Below are positions 6,884-15,166 of a stretch of DNA of 32,000 bases, piece by piece. The DNA is from Candidatus Saccharimonadota bacterium (GTDB taxonomy: Bacteria > Patescibacteriota > Saccharimonadia > Saccharimonadales > UBA4665): positions 150,001 through 182,000 of the forward strand of contig CP065016.1 in assembly GCA_016700375.1 (NCBI GenBank), read 5' to 3'. The notes beneath the pieces were generated by a model that was given only the letters and a program-made list of their open reading frames with translations, was not told the DNA's origin and searched no databases. Both the position numbers and the translations under genes were made by a program. Numbering within the stretch: the stretch's first letter is position 1; the number at the start of each line of letters is the position of its first letter.

Positions 6884-7351
6884 ATGAAATATCATGAACT
6901 TACTTCGACGCCGAAAAAATCAGGCAAGCGTGTTGGTCGCGGTATTGCAGCTGGCCAGGGTAAAACGGCTGGTCGTGGTACCAAAGGACAAGGTGCACGT
7001 ACCGGTTCCAGCAAGAAGCCGGGCTTCGAAGGTGGCCAAAACCCACTTATGCAGCGTTTGCCAAAACTACGGGGCTTCCGTAGCTTTCGAGTAAAGGCAG
7101 AAAACGTATATACTGAACAGCTCGATACGCTCGGCTCTAAGGTAGACAACAAAGTTCTCGCTGCTTCTGGGCTTGTCAGCAGCGAATATGTTCGCGTCAA
7201 GCTACTTTTCCGAGGTGAAGTCAGCAAGAAAGTTGATGTACAGCTTCAAGCAGCTAGCCTCAATGCTATGGAAGCGTTACAAAAAGCGGGGGGTAGCTTT
7301 ACACCCGTTCCAAGACGCATGCGTCCTGCTAAAAAAGAAGCAGAGAAATAG
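6884..7351 (+). CDS. rplO: 50S ribosomal protein L15
   Basis: KRVGRGIAAGQGKTAGRGTKGQ matches L15. It follows rpsE directly, with no L30 gene between them. Confidence 0.95.
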   Translation: MKYHELTSTPKKSGKRVGRGIAAGQGKTAGRGTKGQGARTGSSKKPGFEGGQNPLMQRLPKLRGFRSFRVKAENVYTEQLDTLGSKVDNKVLAASGLVSSEYVRVKLLFRGEVSKKVDVQLQAASLNAMEALQKAGGSFTPVPRRMRPAKKEAEK

Positions 7352-7371
7352 AGCAAACTGTCTTAAGCAGC

Positions 7372-7404
7372 AAAAAGGCGCTTTCGAAAGCGCTTTTTTG
7401 TTTT
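7372..7404 (+). terminator. intrinsic terminator after rplO
   Basis: AAAAAGGCGCTTTCGAAAGCGC palindrome (stem GCGCTTT/AAAGCGC) followed by TTTTTTGTTTT. Confidence 0.7.
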
Positions 7405-7420
7405 ATTACAGCAAAGAGGC

Positions 7421-7429
7421 TGTTATACT
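7421..7429 (+). promoter_or_regulatory. extended -10 promoter element upstream of secY
   Basis: TGtTATACT lies 37 nt before the secY GTG. The -35 is weak (TTTTAT 7401-7406). Confidence 0.45.
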
Positions 7430-7465
7430 GGGACTGAAGAAATATAGTGTATAAGAGGGGTTTTC

Positions 7466-9004
7466 GTGAACTGGAAGATTATTGGCGCATCATTTAAACA
7501 AGGCGATATGCGAAAGCGCATTTTTGGGGTACTTGGTATATTATTGATTTTTCGCATTTTGGCGCACATACCGGTGCCACTGGCTGACCCGCAAACCCTT
7601 AAACAAGTACTGACAAACCTATTTTCGTCACAAGATACACCGCAGCTACTCAGTTTTATAAACGTTTTAAGTGGTGGTGCGCTGGCTAACTTTTCTATTA
7701 TGATTGCGGGGCTTGGTCCATACATTAATGCCAGCATTATTATGCAACTGCTTACGAAGGCAATCCCCAAGCTTGAGAATATGCGTAAAGACGGCGAATC
7801 GGGGCAGAAACGCATAAACCAGTACACCCGACTCCTGACGTTCCCCTTGGCAATTATCCAGGCTATAGGTTCAATTTATCTTGTTCGTCAGTATGCGCAG
7901 CAAGTCGGTGGCATAGGTGATATTACGGCAAACACTTCTTTATGGCAGTGGGCTCTAATGGTCGCGGCACTCACAGGTGGGTCAATGCTTTTGATGTGGA
8001 TGGGAGAGCTTGTTACCGAGAAGTCAGTTGGTAATGGTATTTCACTGCTCATTACCGTGGGCATCGTAAGCGCCTTGCCAGGAACCATTAGTCAGGTTGC
8101 TTCATCTATATACGACAAAACAAACAAATGGGAGATTTTTGGACGTGAACTGCCTATTAACGCTCGGGCGTTCTGGTATGCACTGGCAATTCTTGCGGTC
8201 GTAATTTTGGTGACATGGATTGTAGTTATGCTGAACGAAGCAGCCAGACGACTAACCATAAACTACGCGAAACGAGTGCAGGGAAACCGGGCGTACGGTG
8301 GCGTCACCACGACACTTCCGGTAAAGCTTATAACCGCGGGTGTTGTACCAATAATCTTTGCTATTGCTTTCTTAAGCGTCCCTAGCTTTGCTGGGCAGCT
8401 AATGACCTCTAGTAGTAACCCGAAATGGGCTGAGCTTGGTCAAAACCTTGTCACGTGGTTCCAAAACCCTACGGCGCAAACACTGGCTGCAGGTGGGCTG
8501 CAAGCCTATATATACCCGGTAACGTATTTCTTGCTAGTTTTCCTTTTCACATTCTTTTATACGAGCATTACGTTCAACAGCAAGGAGATAGCCGAAAACC
8601 TACAGAAGCAGGGCGGTTTTATTGAAGGCGTTCGTTCTGGTACGCAAACTGAACGGTATCTAGCAAAAACGGTCAATAAAATTACACTGTTTGGGGCGAT
8701 ATGCCTGGGTATTTTGGCAATTATGCCCATAGTGGCGCAAATGTTTGTTCCAGAAAACCTTGCACTTGCTCTGGGTGGCACAAGCGTTTTGATACTTGTA
8801 GCCGTTTCGCTCGAAACGCTTCGCGCGGTAGAGTCGCGTGCGCTCATGATTACCTATGACCAATATAGTCGCGATGACTTTTTCTACGACTCTCAGGGAG
8901 GAAATGGTTCGGTTGCTGCAAATCGGGGCGCAAAAGCACTTCGCTACGTTCCAAATGCGCTGCGCCGAATCCCAGCGAAAATCTCGAGCAAAAACAAGAA
9001 GTAA
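7466..9004 (+). CDS. secY: preprotein translocase subunit SecY
   Basis: GTG start with SD AGAGGGG at 7454-7460. It is a multi-TM protein with the SecY signatures (..GLGPYINASIIMQLL..). At 512 aa it carries a ~60-aa C-terminal extension. Confidence 0.95.
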   Translation: MNWKIIGASFKQGDMRKRIFGVLGILLIFRILAHIPVPLADPQTLKQVLTNLFSSQDTPQLLSFINVLSGGALANFSIMIAGLGPYINASIIMQLLTKAIPKLENMRKDGESGQKRINQYTRLLTFPLAIIQAIGSIYLVRQYAQQVGGIGDITANTSLWQWALMVAALTGGSMLLMWMGELVTEKSVGNGISLLITVGIVSALPGTISQVASSIYDKTNKWEIFGRELPINARAFWYALAILAVVILVTWIVVMLNEAARRLTINYAKRVQGNRAYGGVTTTLPVKLITAGVVPIIFAIAFLSVPSFAGQLMTSSSNPKWAELGQNLVTWFQNPTAQTLAAGGLQAYIYPVTYFLLVFLFTFFYTSITFNSKEIAENLQKQGGFIEGVRSGTQTERYLAKTVNKITLFGAICLGILAIMPIVAQMFVPENLALALGGTSVLILVAVSLETLRAVESRALMITYDQYSRDDFFYDSQGGNGSVAANRGAKALRYVPNALRRIPAKISSKNKK

Positions 9005-9020
9005 AAAATTCGTAAAACAC

Positions 9021-9050
9021 TTTACAGCTCGTCGTAAAAAATGCTATACT
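9021..9050 (+). promoter_or_regulatory. sigma70-type promoter for infA
   Basis: TTTACA (9021-9026), 18-nt spacer, TGcTATACT (-10 at 9045-9050). The infA ATG lies 18 nt downstream and no SD is visible. Confidence 0.55.
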
Positions 9051-9068
9051 AGTTAGACGTAAAAACCT

Positions 9069-9290
9069 ATGGCGAGTAATAAGGAAGTCATCGAACTGAA
9101 CGGCGTAATTGTCGAGACCCTGCCGGGTACTCAGTTTCGTGTCGAACTTGAAAACGGCCATCAGATTATTGCGCATGTTGCCGGGAAGATGCGGAAGCAT
9201 TTTATCCGTATTGTACCTGGCGACGCGGTCACCGTAGAGTTGACGCCCTACGATCTGACCAAAGGTAGAATAACCTACCGAAAGGGCTGA
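9069..9290 (+). CDS. infA: translation initiation factor IF-1
   Basis: 73 aa with the S1-like fold pattern ..[32 protein letters not shown].. Confidence 0.96.
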   Translation: MASNKEVIELNGVIVETLPGTQFRVELENGHQIIAHVAGKMRKHFIRIVPGDAVTVELTPYDLTKGRITYRKG

Positions 9291-9413
9291 CCATTTACAT
9301 ACAGTACCCTCTGCGCATGATTGCGCTCCGATGCTCATGTACTCTTACGTACACTGCGCTTCGGTGCTCATCCTGCATCACCGATGGCACAATACGTAAA
9401 AGGCCAGCTAGCT

Positions 9414-9491
9414 GAACTTTCTAGGGATTGGTTCATCCGGACTGACCAGTCAGCCGACTGGTCGATGTACGGATCAATCCTTCGAAAGTTC
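9414..9491 (+). other. long imperfect hairpin in the 258-nt infA-rpmJ spacer (function unknown)
   Basis: GAACTTTC 9414-9421 pairs with GAAAGTTC 9484-9491. Inside that, GGATTG pairs with CAATCC, ATCCG with CGGAT, and there is an apical hairpin GACCAGTC-AGCC-GACTGGTC, giving about 27 bp in total. Confidence 0.5.
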
Positions 9492-9548
9492 GGCCAAGTA
9501 TATCAATTAATGCAGTGAGTCACCGTCCTGAAAGGAGATGATCCGTAC

Positions 9549-9665
9549 ATGAAAGTACGTGCAAGTGTAAAAAAGATTAGCCCCGACGATAAGATTGTTC
9601 GTCGCAAGGGCCGTCTTTACGTAATTAACAAGTTTAAGCCAAAGCATAAGCAGAGGCAGGGGTAG
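9549..9665 (+). CDS. rpmJ: 50S ribosomal protein L36 (Cys-less form)
   Basis: Not in the ORF track because it is only 38 aa. ATG 9549, TAG 9663-9665, translation [48 protein letters not shown] at 9530-9537. Confidence 0.9.
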   Translation: MKVRASVKKISPDDKIVRRKGRLYVINKFKPKHKQRQG

Positions 9666-9668
9666 TAT

Positions 9669-10058
9669 ATGGCAGCACGAATATCTGGTGTAACCATACC
9701 CGCTGAAAAGCAGATTTGGGTTGCACTAACCTATGTTTATGGCATTGGGCCAAAAACTGCAGAAGGCATCCTTTTGTCAGCGAAAATTGAGCCGACTGTT
9801 CGGGTTAAAGATTTGACCGACGCTGAAATTGGTCGAATCCAAGATTATATCAACGAGCACCTTACTGTAGAGGGTGAGTTGCAGCGAATTGTGAGTGGCA
9901 ACATTAAGCGGCTCAAGGACATCGGTAGCTACCGCGGCCTACGGCACAAAAGCAACCTTCCATCACGCGGACAGCGCACCAAAACAAATGCGCGCACCCG
10001 ACGGGGCAAGAAAGTAACTGTCGGCGGTACGGCTAAGAAAGTAGCAAGCAAGACCTAA
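9669..10058 (+). CDS. rpsM: 30S ribosomal protein S13
   Basis: MAARISGVTIPAEKQIWVALTYVYGIG.. is canonical S13. Confidence 0.96.
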   Translation: MAARISGVTIPAEKQIWVALTYVYGIGPKTAEGILLSAKIEPTVRVKDLTDAEIGRIQDYINEHLTVEGELQRIVSGNIKRLKDIGSYRGLRHKSNLPSRGQRTKTNARTRRGKKVTVGGTAKKVASKT

Positions 10059-10066
10059 GGACTAAT

Positions 10067-10468
10067 ATGGCAGATACACCTACTACATCTGTAGCCAAGA
10101 AGAAGAAAGCAAAGCGCAGCGTTTCAGCTGGCCAGCTTCATATTCAGGCTACGTTTAACAATACTATCGTGACACTGACAGACGCCAGCGGTGGCGCACT
10201 CGCCGCTTCAAGCGCTGGCGCTTGTGGCTTTCGTGGCTCTAAAAAAGGTACGGCCTATGCCGCACAAGTTGCTGCTGAAAAAGCCGGCAATCTGGCAAAG
10301 CAGGCTTATGGCCTGAGCAAGGTAAACGTTTTTGTAAAAGGCGTCGGCCTTGGGCGCGACGCAGCAATCCGTGCAATGCAAACCGTTGGAATTGCTATAG
10401 AAAGCATCACTGACGTTACCGGTGTTCCCCACGGCGGTGTTCGCCCAAAGAAAGCAAGGAGGGTCTAG
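10067..10468 (+). CDS. rpsK: 30S ribosomal protein S11
   Basis: ..HIQATFNNTIVTLTD..GFRGSKKGT.. matches S11. Confidence 0.96.
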   Translation: MADTPTTSVAKKKKAKRSVSAGQLHIQATFNNTIVTLTDASGGALAASSAGACGFRGSKKGTAYAAQVAAEKAGNLAKQAYGLSKVNVFVKGVGLGRDAAIRAMQTVGIAIESITDVTGVPHGGVRPKKARRV

Positions 10469-10471
10469 TCT

Positions 10472-11089
10472 ATGGCACGTGACACTCAATCTATTGTAAA
10501 AATGTCGCGCCGCGAAGGCTACGCACTACACCCGAAAGCACACAAGGCGCTCGCAAAGCGTACAAACATGCCGGGTCAAGCAGCGAATGCACGGGTACGC
10601 AACAAGCCAAGCCAATATTCTTTGCAGCTGCGCGAAAAGCAGAAGGTTAAGCGGCTGTATGGCCTGCTCGAAAAGCAATTTTCAAACCTTATGGCAGAAG
10701 CATCCCGTACTCCTGGTCAGTCTGGTGCAACACTCCTTCAGTACCTCGAGCGACGGCTTGACAATGCCGTTTACCGCGCTGGGTTTGCGCCATCACGCCG
10801 CGCAGCTCGTCAGCTCGTAACCCACGGGCATTTCATGTTGAACGGCCGCCGTGTTGATATTCCATCGATTCGACTGCGCGTTGGTGACGAAATCGAACTT
10901 CGTGAACATAGCAAGTCGAGCGAATATTTTAAGAAACTCGATGAAACGAGCCCAGCCCCAAGCGCAACACCAAACTGGGAAAGCGTTGACCGAAAGAAAG
11001 TCCAGCTCAAAATTACCGGCATGCCGCTGCGTGAAGATGCTGAACAGGATATTAACGAACAACTAATCGTTGAGTACTACTCACGCTAA
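10472..11089 (+). CDS. rpsD: 30S ribosomal protein S4
   Basis: S4 N-terminal region plus an S4 RNA-binding domain (RRLDNAVYRAGFAPSRRAARQLVTHGHF). Confidence 0.95.
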   Translation: MARDTQSIVKMSRREGYALHPKAHKALAKRTNMPGQAANARVRNKPSQYSLQLREKQKVKRLYGLLEKQFSNLMAEASRTPGQSGATLLQYLERRLDNAVYRAGFAPSRRAARQLVTHGHFMLNGRRVDIPSIRLRVGDEIELREHSKSSEYFKKLDETSPAPSATPNWESVDRKKVQLKITGMPLREDAEQDINEQLIVEYYSR

Positions 11090-11109
11090 GGAAAGGACAT
11101 TTCAAAGAT

Positions 11110-12048
11110 ATGTCAAAAATGATTCATACCCCAGGACTTGTCGCCGTCGATGACCACAGCGCCACGAGCAGTACATTTGTTATAGAACCACTGCAAACTG
11201 GCTATGGCATGACGCTTGGCAACAGCCTCCGCCGTGTATTGCTTTCTAGCATCAGCGGTGCTGGTGTTACCAGCTTTAAAATAGATGGCGCGACGCACGA
11301 ATTTACAACCATTAAGGGCGTAAAAGAAGATGTTGTTGCTATTATGCTCAACCTCAAACAACTCCGCTTCCGTGTTTACGGAGAAGACGCACAAACAGTG
11401 CGTATTACCAAAAAGGGTAAAGGTGTTGTTACCGGTAAAGATATCCAAGGAAACGCAGACATCGAGGTTGTAAACACAGACCAAGTGATTGCTACCATAG
11501 ACGATGACAAGGCGAGCCTCGTTATCGACCTAGTGGTAGAAACGGGCCGCGGCTACCGTACTATAGAAGAAAGCACCGTCAAGAAACAAAGCGATTTCGT
11601 AGCGCTCGACACCATCTTTAGCCCCGTAGTTCGTTGCCGTTACAAGGTTGACAAAACCCGCGTTGGCCAAATGATTGACCTAGACAAACTTAGCCTTACC
11701 GTCGATACCGATGGCACTATTAGCCCTCGCGATGCCTTTGAAGAGGCGGCAGCTATATTGGTAAATCAGTACGCTGCACTTGCTGGAAAGACTCGTCTTC
11801 CTGCGCAAGAGACCAGCGCTGCAGTACACGAGGCCGGTGAGACAAGCGTAGAAGACGGCTCCATGCTGAACACAAGCATCGAAGACCTTAATCTAACCGC
11901 CCGCACCACGAACGCACTGGTGAACAACGACATCCACACCATTCAGGACTTGTTTGCCTTGAGTGACGCGGAGCTTCGTGACCTGAAAGGCTTTGGCAGC
12001 AAAGCTCTTGACGAAGTAAAAGATAAACTGGCGGAATTGGAGTTGTAG
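11110..12048 (+). CDS. rpoA: DNA-directed RNA polymerase subunit alpha
   Basis: 312 aa. The N-terminal domain has FVIEPLQTGYGMTLGNSLRRVLLSS, and the C-terminal domain has LNLTARTTNALVNNDIHTIQDL. Confidence 0.96.
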   Translation: MSKMIHTPGLVAVDDHSATSSTFVIEPLQTGYGMTLGNSLRRVLLSSISGAGVTSFKIDGATHEFTTIKGVKEDVVAIMLNLKQLRFRVYGEDAQTVRITKKGKGVVTGKDIQGNADIEVVNTDQVIATIDDDKASLVIDLVVETGRGYRTIEESTVKKQSDFVALDTIFSPVVRCRYKVDKTRVGQMIDLDKLSLTVDTDGTISPRDAFEEAAAILVNQYAALAGKTRLPAQETSAAVHEAGETSVEDGSMLNTSIEDLNLTARTTNALVNNDIHTIQDLFALSDAELRDLKGFGSKALDEVKDKLAELEL

Positions 12049-12049
12049 T

Positions 12050-12592
12050 ATGCACCGTCACGGATATAAAGGAACCAAATTTGGTCGTGAGCGTGACCAG
12101 CGAGAGGCTCTGGTAAAGAGCCTTGCAGAAGCGCTCATCATAAACGGCTCAATTGTTACCACGCTGCCAAAGGCGAAAACAGTTGTGCCCTACGTCGAAC
12201 GACTCATAACTAAAGCAAAGAAGGGTGATTTGCACAACCGCCGTCAGGTATTAGCCGCATTGCAGACTGTCTCGACAGCGCACCGCTTGGTTGACGAAAT
12301 CGCACCAAAACTCACCAGCCGCAACAGTGGGCACTTGCGGGTCGAACGCACCGATAGTCGGCGCGGTGACAATGCTGAAATGGCACGCGTGAGCTTTGTT
12401 GACGACCTCAAGTCGGCACCAGTGGCAAAGGCTGCTACTAAAGCCCCAGTGAAACAGCGTCACGAACAAGATGAAGTGAAGTCCACCCCTGTCAAAAAGG
12501 CAGTCCCAAGTGGAACTCGCGTTGCCAAGGCAGCCGACAAGCACCTGAGTCACAAACCAGCCGTCCAGGTGAGAAAGAGCGGGGAAAGATAG
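12050..12592 (+). CDS. rplQ: 50S ribosomal protein L17 (with a basic C-terminal extension)
   Basis: MHRHGYKGTKFGRERDQREAL.. matches L17. At 180 aa it has an A/K/V-rich tail. Confidence 0.94.
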   Translation: MHRHGYKGTKFGRERDQREALVKSLAEALIINGSIVTTLPKAKTVVPYVERLITKAKKGDLHNRRQVLAALQTVSTAHRLVDEIAPKLTSRNSGHLRVERTDSRRGDNAEMARVSFVDDLKSAPVAKAATKAPVKQRHEQDEVKSTPVKKAVPSGTRVAKAADKHLSHKPAVQVRKSGER

Positions 12593-12593
12593 T

Positions 12594-13034
12594 ATGAATA
12601 CATATTCTGCAAAACCAAGCGATGTTACCCGCAAGTGGTATGTCGTGGACGCATCTGAAACTACGCTCGGTCGTGTTGCGACGCAGGTTGCAACGCTGCT
12701 CACCGGCAAGGGTAAGCCAATGTTCACCAGTCACATTGACTGCGGTGACTTTGTGGTGGTGATTAATGCCGATAAACTTCAGGTTACCGGTGCAAAAATG
12801 ACCGACAAAATGTACTACAACCACAGTGGCTACCCTGGTGGTCTTCGTGAGCGACAGCTCAAGGACGTTGTTGAAAAAGACAGCACCGAAGTCATATTAC
12901 AAGCTGTGCGCGGGATGCTTCCCGGCAACAAATTGCGCGATGGACGTCTCGCACGCCTGAAAATCTACGGCGGTGCCGAACACAACCACGCCGCACAAAA
13001 ACCAGAAGTACTTAGCCTGAAAGGAGCAAAATAA
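12594..13034 (+). CDS. rplM: 50S ribosomal protein L13
   Basis: ..RKWYVVDASETTLGRVATQVATLLTGKGKP.. matches L13. Confidence 0.96.
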   Translation: MNTYSAKPSDVTRKWYVVDASETTLGRVATQVATLLTGKGKPMFTSHIDCGDFVVVINADKLQVTGAKMTDKMYYNHSGYPGGLRERQLKDVVEKDSTEVILQAVRGMLPGNKLRDGRLARLKIYGGAEHNHAAQKPEVLSLKGAK

Positions 13035-13462
13035 TGGCTGAAGCTAAAGCTACTACCAAAGCTACTAAGGGTCACTATTACTATGCTCTTGGTCGCCGCA
13101 AAAGCGCCACGGCGCGCGTGCGCCTCATGAATGGCAAGGGAAATGTGGTTATTAACGACAAGCCAGTGGCTGAGTACTTTGCTGAAAGCAAATTACTGCT
13201 CGGCGAAATCCAAAAGCCATTTACGGCTCTTGAACTGCCACTTAAAGATTACGACGTTAGCGTTGTTGTGAGTGGTGGCGGACATGCTGGTCAGGCCGAT
13301 GCAATCCGCCTTGGGATTGCAAAAGCTCTCGTTGAGAAGAACGAAGAGTACAAAGCGACTTTGCGCCGCGCAGAACTGCTCGGTCGCGACAGCCGTGAAC
13401 GCGAACGCAAGAAGTTTGGCCTCAAAGGCGCCCGCAAACAGCGCCAGTTCACCAAGCGCTAG
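13034..13462 (+). CDS. rpsI: 30S ribosomal protein S9
   Basis: ..GRRKSATARVRL.. and the C-terminus ..RKKFGLKGARKQRQFTKR. There is a 1-nt overlap with the rplM stop. Confidence 0.96.
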   Translation: MAEAKATTKATKGHYYYALGRRKSATARVRLMNGKGNVVINDKPVAEYFAESKLLLGEIQKPFTALELPLKDYDVSVVVSGGGHAGQADAIRLGIAKALVEKNEEYKATLRRAELLGRDSRERERKKFGLKGARKQRQFTKR

Positions 13463-13480
13463 GTATACGAAGACCACTCA

Positions 13481-13505
13481 AAGACCCCGAGAGGGGTCTT
13501 TTGTC
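13481..13505 (+). terminator. intrinsic terminator after rpsI
   Basis: AAGACCCC-GAGA-GGGGTCTT followed by TTGTC. Confidence 0.7.
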
Positions 13506-13510
13506 TATAA

Positions 13511-14116
13511 ATGAAGGTTATGGCGAAACAACATCCTGAAGCCGATTGGAACAGATACGAGCATGTTATTGGGCTTACGAACAAGCTATTAGCAAGTGGT
13601 GAAGCGCGCCTAGGCTTCGTGGGTATTCCTCAGGGGCAGATTAATCTACAAGAACTTATTACTGCAGTTCTGGCAGAATGCGAGATGGTTGGTATTGGTC
13701 GAGTAGGGGCTGGGCACGTTGCGCTTGAAGGCCTTCGAAAAATAAACAATATGCCTGTCTTTGGCCTATTCGGTCGTTCTGTAGGAGGGCTGCTGTCTCT
13801 CCATGACTTTGAAGTACCAAGACGACTGTTTACTTCAGACGTTCCAGGCGCACTTGCTGAAGGCATAGAAAACACTCGAGTTTTGGCTGTAGACTATCAT
13901 GCTCGCGGCAAGATTGGCTCAACAGATGTTTCTAGTTTTGTCGGAACACTTATTCGGGTACAAGGATTTGATCAACAGAACTCATCGCCTATTTCAACCG
14001 TAACAGTCATTCCACGCAACCAGTACGTTGCAACTGCCGGAATCTGTGTTCCGGATGATCCGTTAGGTCACGTAACAGAAGTCCTAGAAGGCATTACCGC
14101 ATCGAGAGCATCCTAG
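13511..14116 (+). CDS. hypothetical protein (no recognisable family)
   Basis: 201-aa track ORF. ATG 13520 (MAKQ..) is the better start because GAAGG lies 5 nt upstream. I recognise no motifs. Confidence 0.55.
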   Translation: MKVMAKQHPEADWNRYEHVIGLTNKLLASGEARLGFVGIPQGQINLQELITAVLAECEMVGIGRVGAGHVALEGLRKINNMPVFGLFGRSVGGLLSLHDFEVPRRLFTSDVPGALAEGIENTRVLAVDYHARGKIGSTDVSSFVGTLIRVQGFDQQNSSPISTVTVIPRNQYVATAGICVPDDPLGHVTEVLEGITASRAS

Positions 14117-14131
14117 TGCTATACTTTTCGT

Positions 14132-14821
14132 ATGCGTAAACAGCAGCAAATCTGGGCAGCAGAGCATGCAACTTCGGCCTCGTTGACGAAAATGGCTGGC
14201 GAAGAGCCCGCGAGTGGCGTCGTGGCTTTTGTGCAGTGGCTGAAGGAGTATGCCGCAAAGCCTGGGCATGCTGTAGACATCGGTAGTGGCAAAGGGAGAA
14301 ATGCAATTTATCTTGCGCAGCAGGGGTATGTTGTTGATGCGCTGGAATACATCGCAATTGCTCGGCAGCACACCAAAACACTGGCGAAAGCAAAGGGCCT
14401 CGAAACGAAAGTGCACAGTAAGGATGTAGAAATTGACGGAAGGTGGCCCTATGAAGACAATGTGTTTGATGTGGCCATTGACTCATTTGCATCTATTGAT
14501 GTCGAAACATTGGAAGGTCGTAAACATTGCCGTGACGAAATGTACCGCACCCTGAAACACGGAGGCTATGCACTTGTTACCGTGTGTTCGGTGGATGATG
14601 AATGGGAGCGCGAGCTACTGGCAAACCATCCTGGTCCAGAACCAAACAGCACTATTTGGCCGTCTAACGGGAAGTTTCAGAAAGATTATAGTGAAGAAGA
14701 GCTGCGGGAGTTTTATGAATTGTTTACCGTTCATGAACTAAAGACTATTCAGAAGCCAGCACACAAGCTCGGCCGAAATGGTACGGCTACTAATTTCTGG
14801 CTTGTCATACAGAAAAAATAG
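14132..14821 (+). CDS. class I SAM-dependent methyltransferase
   Basis: Motif I VDIGSGKGRNAIYLAQQGYVVDALE with an acidic post-I residue. TGcTATACT at 14117-14125 lies 6 nt before the ATG. Confidence 0.75.
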   Translation: MRKQQQIWAAEHATSASLTKMAGEEPASGVVAFVQWLKEYAAKPGHAVDIGSGKGRNAIYLAQQGYVVDALEYIAIARQHTKTLAKAKGLETKVHSKDVEIDGRWPYEDNVFDVAIDSFASIDVETLEGRKHCRDEMYRTLKHGGYALVTVCSVDDEWERELLANHPGPEPNSTIWPSNGKFQKDYSEEELREFYELFTVHELKTIQKPAHKLGRNGTATNFWLVIQKK

Positions 14822-14857
14822 TTGCAATGTATGTTTTGTTGTAGTACTATAACCGTT

Positions 14858-14926
14858 ATGAAAACAGTACAAACCAATTTGTATTGGTATACCGACACTT
14901 CTGTGGCGGTCTGTTCTGTGCGCTGA
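14858..14926 (+). CDS. candidate leaderless leader peptide MKTVQTNLYWYTDTSVAVCSVR
   Basis: ATG lies 7 nt after the -10. The ORF has 22 codons, TAT-TGG-TAT at 14882-14890 and a stop at 14924-14926. The ORF runs through the 5' arm of the antiterminator. Confidence 0.3.
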   Translation: MKTVQTNLYWYTDTSVAVCSVR

Positions 14927-14948
14927 AACACATTTGAACCCATAAAGT

Positions 14949-14972
14949 AGACCGCCACCATGGCGGTTTTTT
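14949..14972 (+). terminator. intrinsic terminator (attenuator) upstream of the 57-aa ORF
   Basis: ACCGCCA-CCA-TGGCGGT followed by TTTTT. Confidence 0.65.
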
Positions 14973-14992
14973 AGTAATGAAAAGGGAGAAAT

Positions 14993-15166
14993 ATGAACGT
15001 TGATGAAATACTAAGACCATCTGGCATCGGAACAGAAACGGTGTTACCAAACCGCAGACCCAACCTGAGTGAAGATCAAATTCGAAAAGCTGCTCAGCTA
15101 GCTGGGCTAGAAGGTTTTGGTGACCCACCCTCAGCAACGCCGCATAGGAACGAGGAAACACAATGA
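14993..15166 (+). CDS. small hypothetical protein (57 aa)
   Basis: Not in the track because it is under 60 aa. SD AAGGGAG lies 7 nt upstream of ATG 14993. Its stop overlaps the next ATG (ATGA at 15163-15166), which suggests translational coupling. Confidence 0.5.
   Translation: MNVDEILRPSGIGTETVLPNRRPNLSEDQIRKAAQLAGLEGFGDPPSATPHRNEETQ

Larger units (their letters stand above)
14822..14972 (+). promoter_or_regulatory. promoter plus attenuator-like leader of the trpS operon
   Basis: TTGCAA (14822-14827), 17-nt spacer, TACTAT (14845-14850). GTGGCGGTCT 14903-14912 is perfectly complementary to AGACCGCCAC 14949-14958, and that segment overlaps the terminator 5' arm ACCGCCA 14951-14957. Confidence 0.5.

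Noticed and set aside
9321-9518. 65-aa TTG-initiated ORF in the infA-rpmJ spacer
   Set aside because: It has a non-ATG start without an SD, it runs through the long hairpin, and it shows no recognisable protein features. The region is better described as structured RNA.
14822-14992. T-box riboswitch upstream of the trpS operon
   Set aside because: An antiterminator/terminator pair and a UGGC tetramer are present. However, I find no T-box consensus (AGGGUGGNACCGCG-like), no Stem I with specifier loop, K-turn or distal AG-bulge motifs, and the leader is too short (about 110 nt). Ribosome-mediated attenuation fits better.
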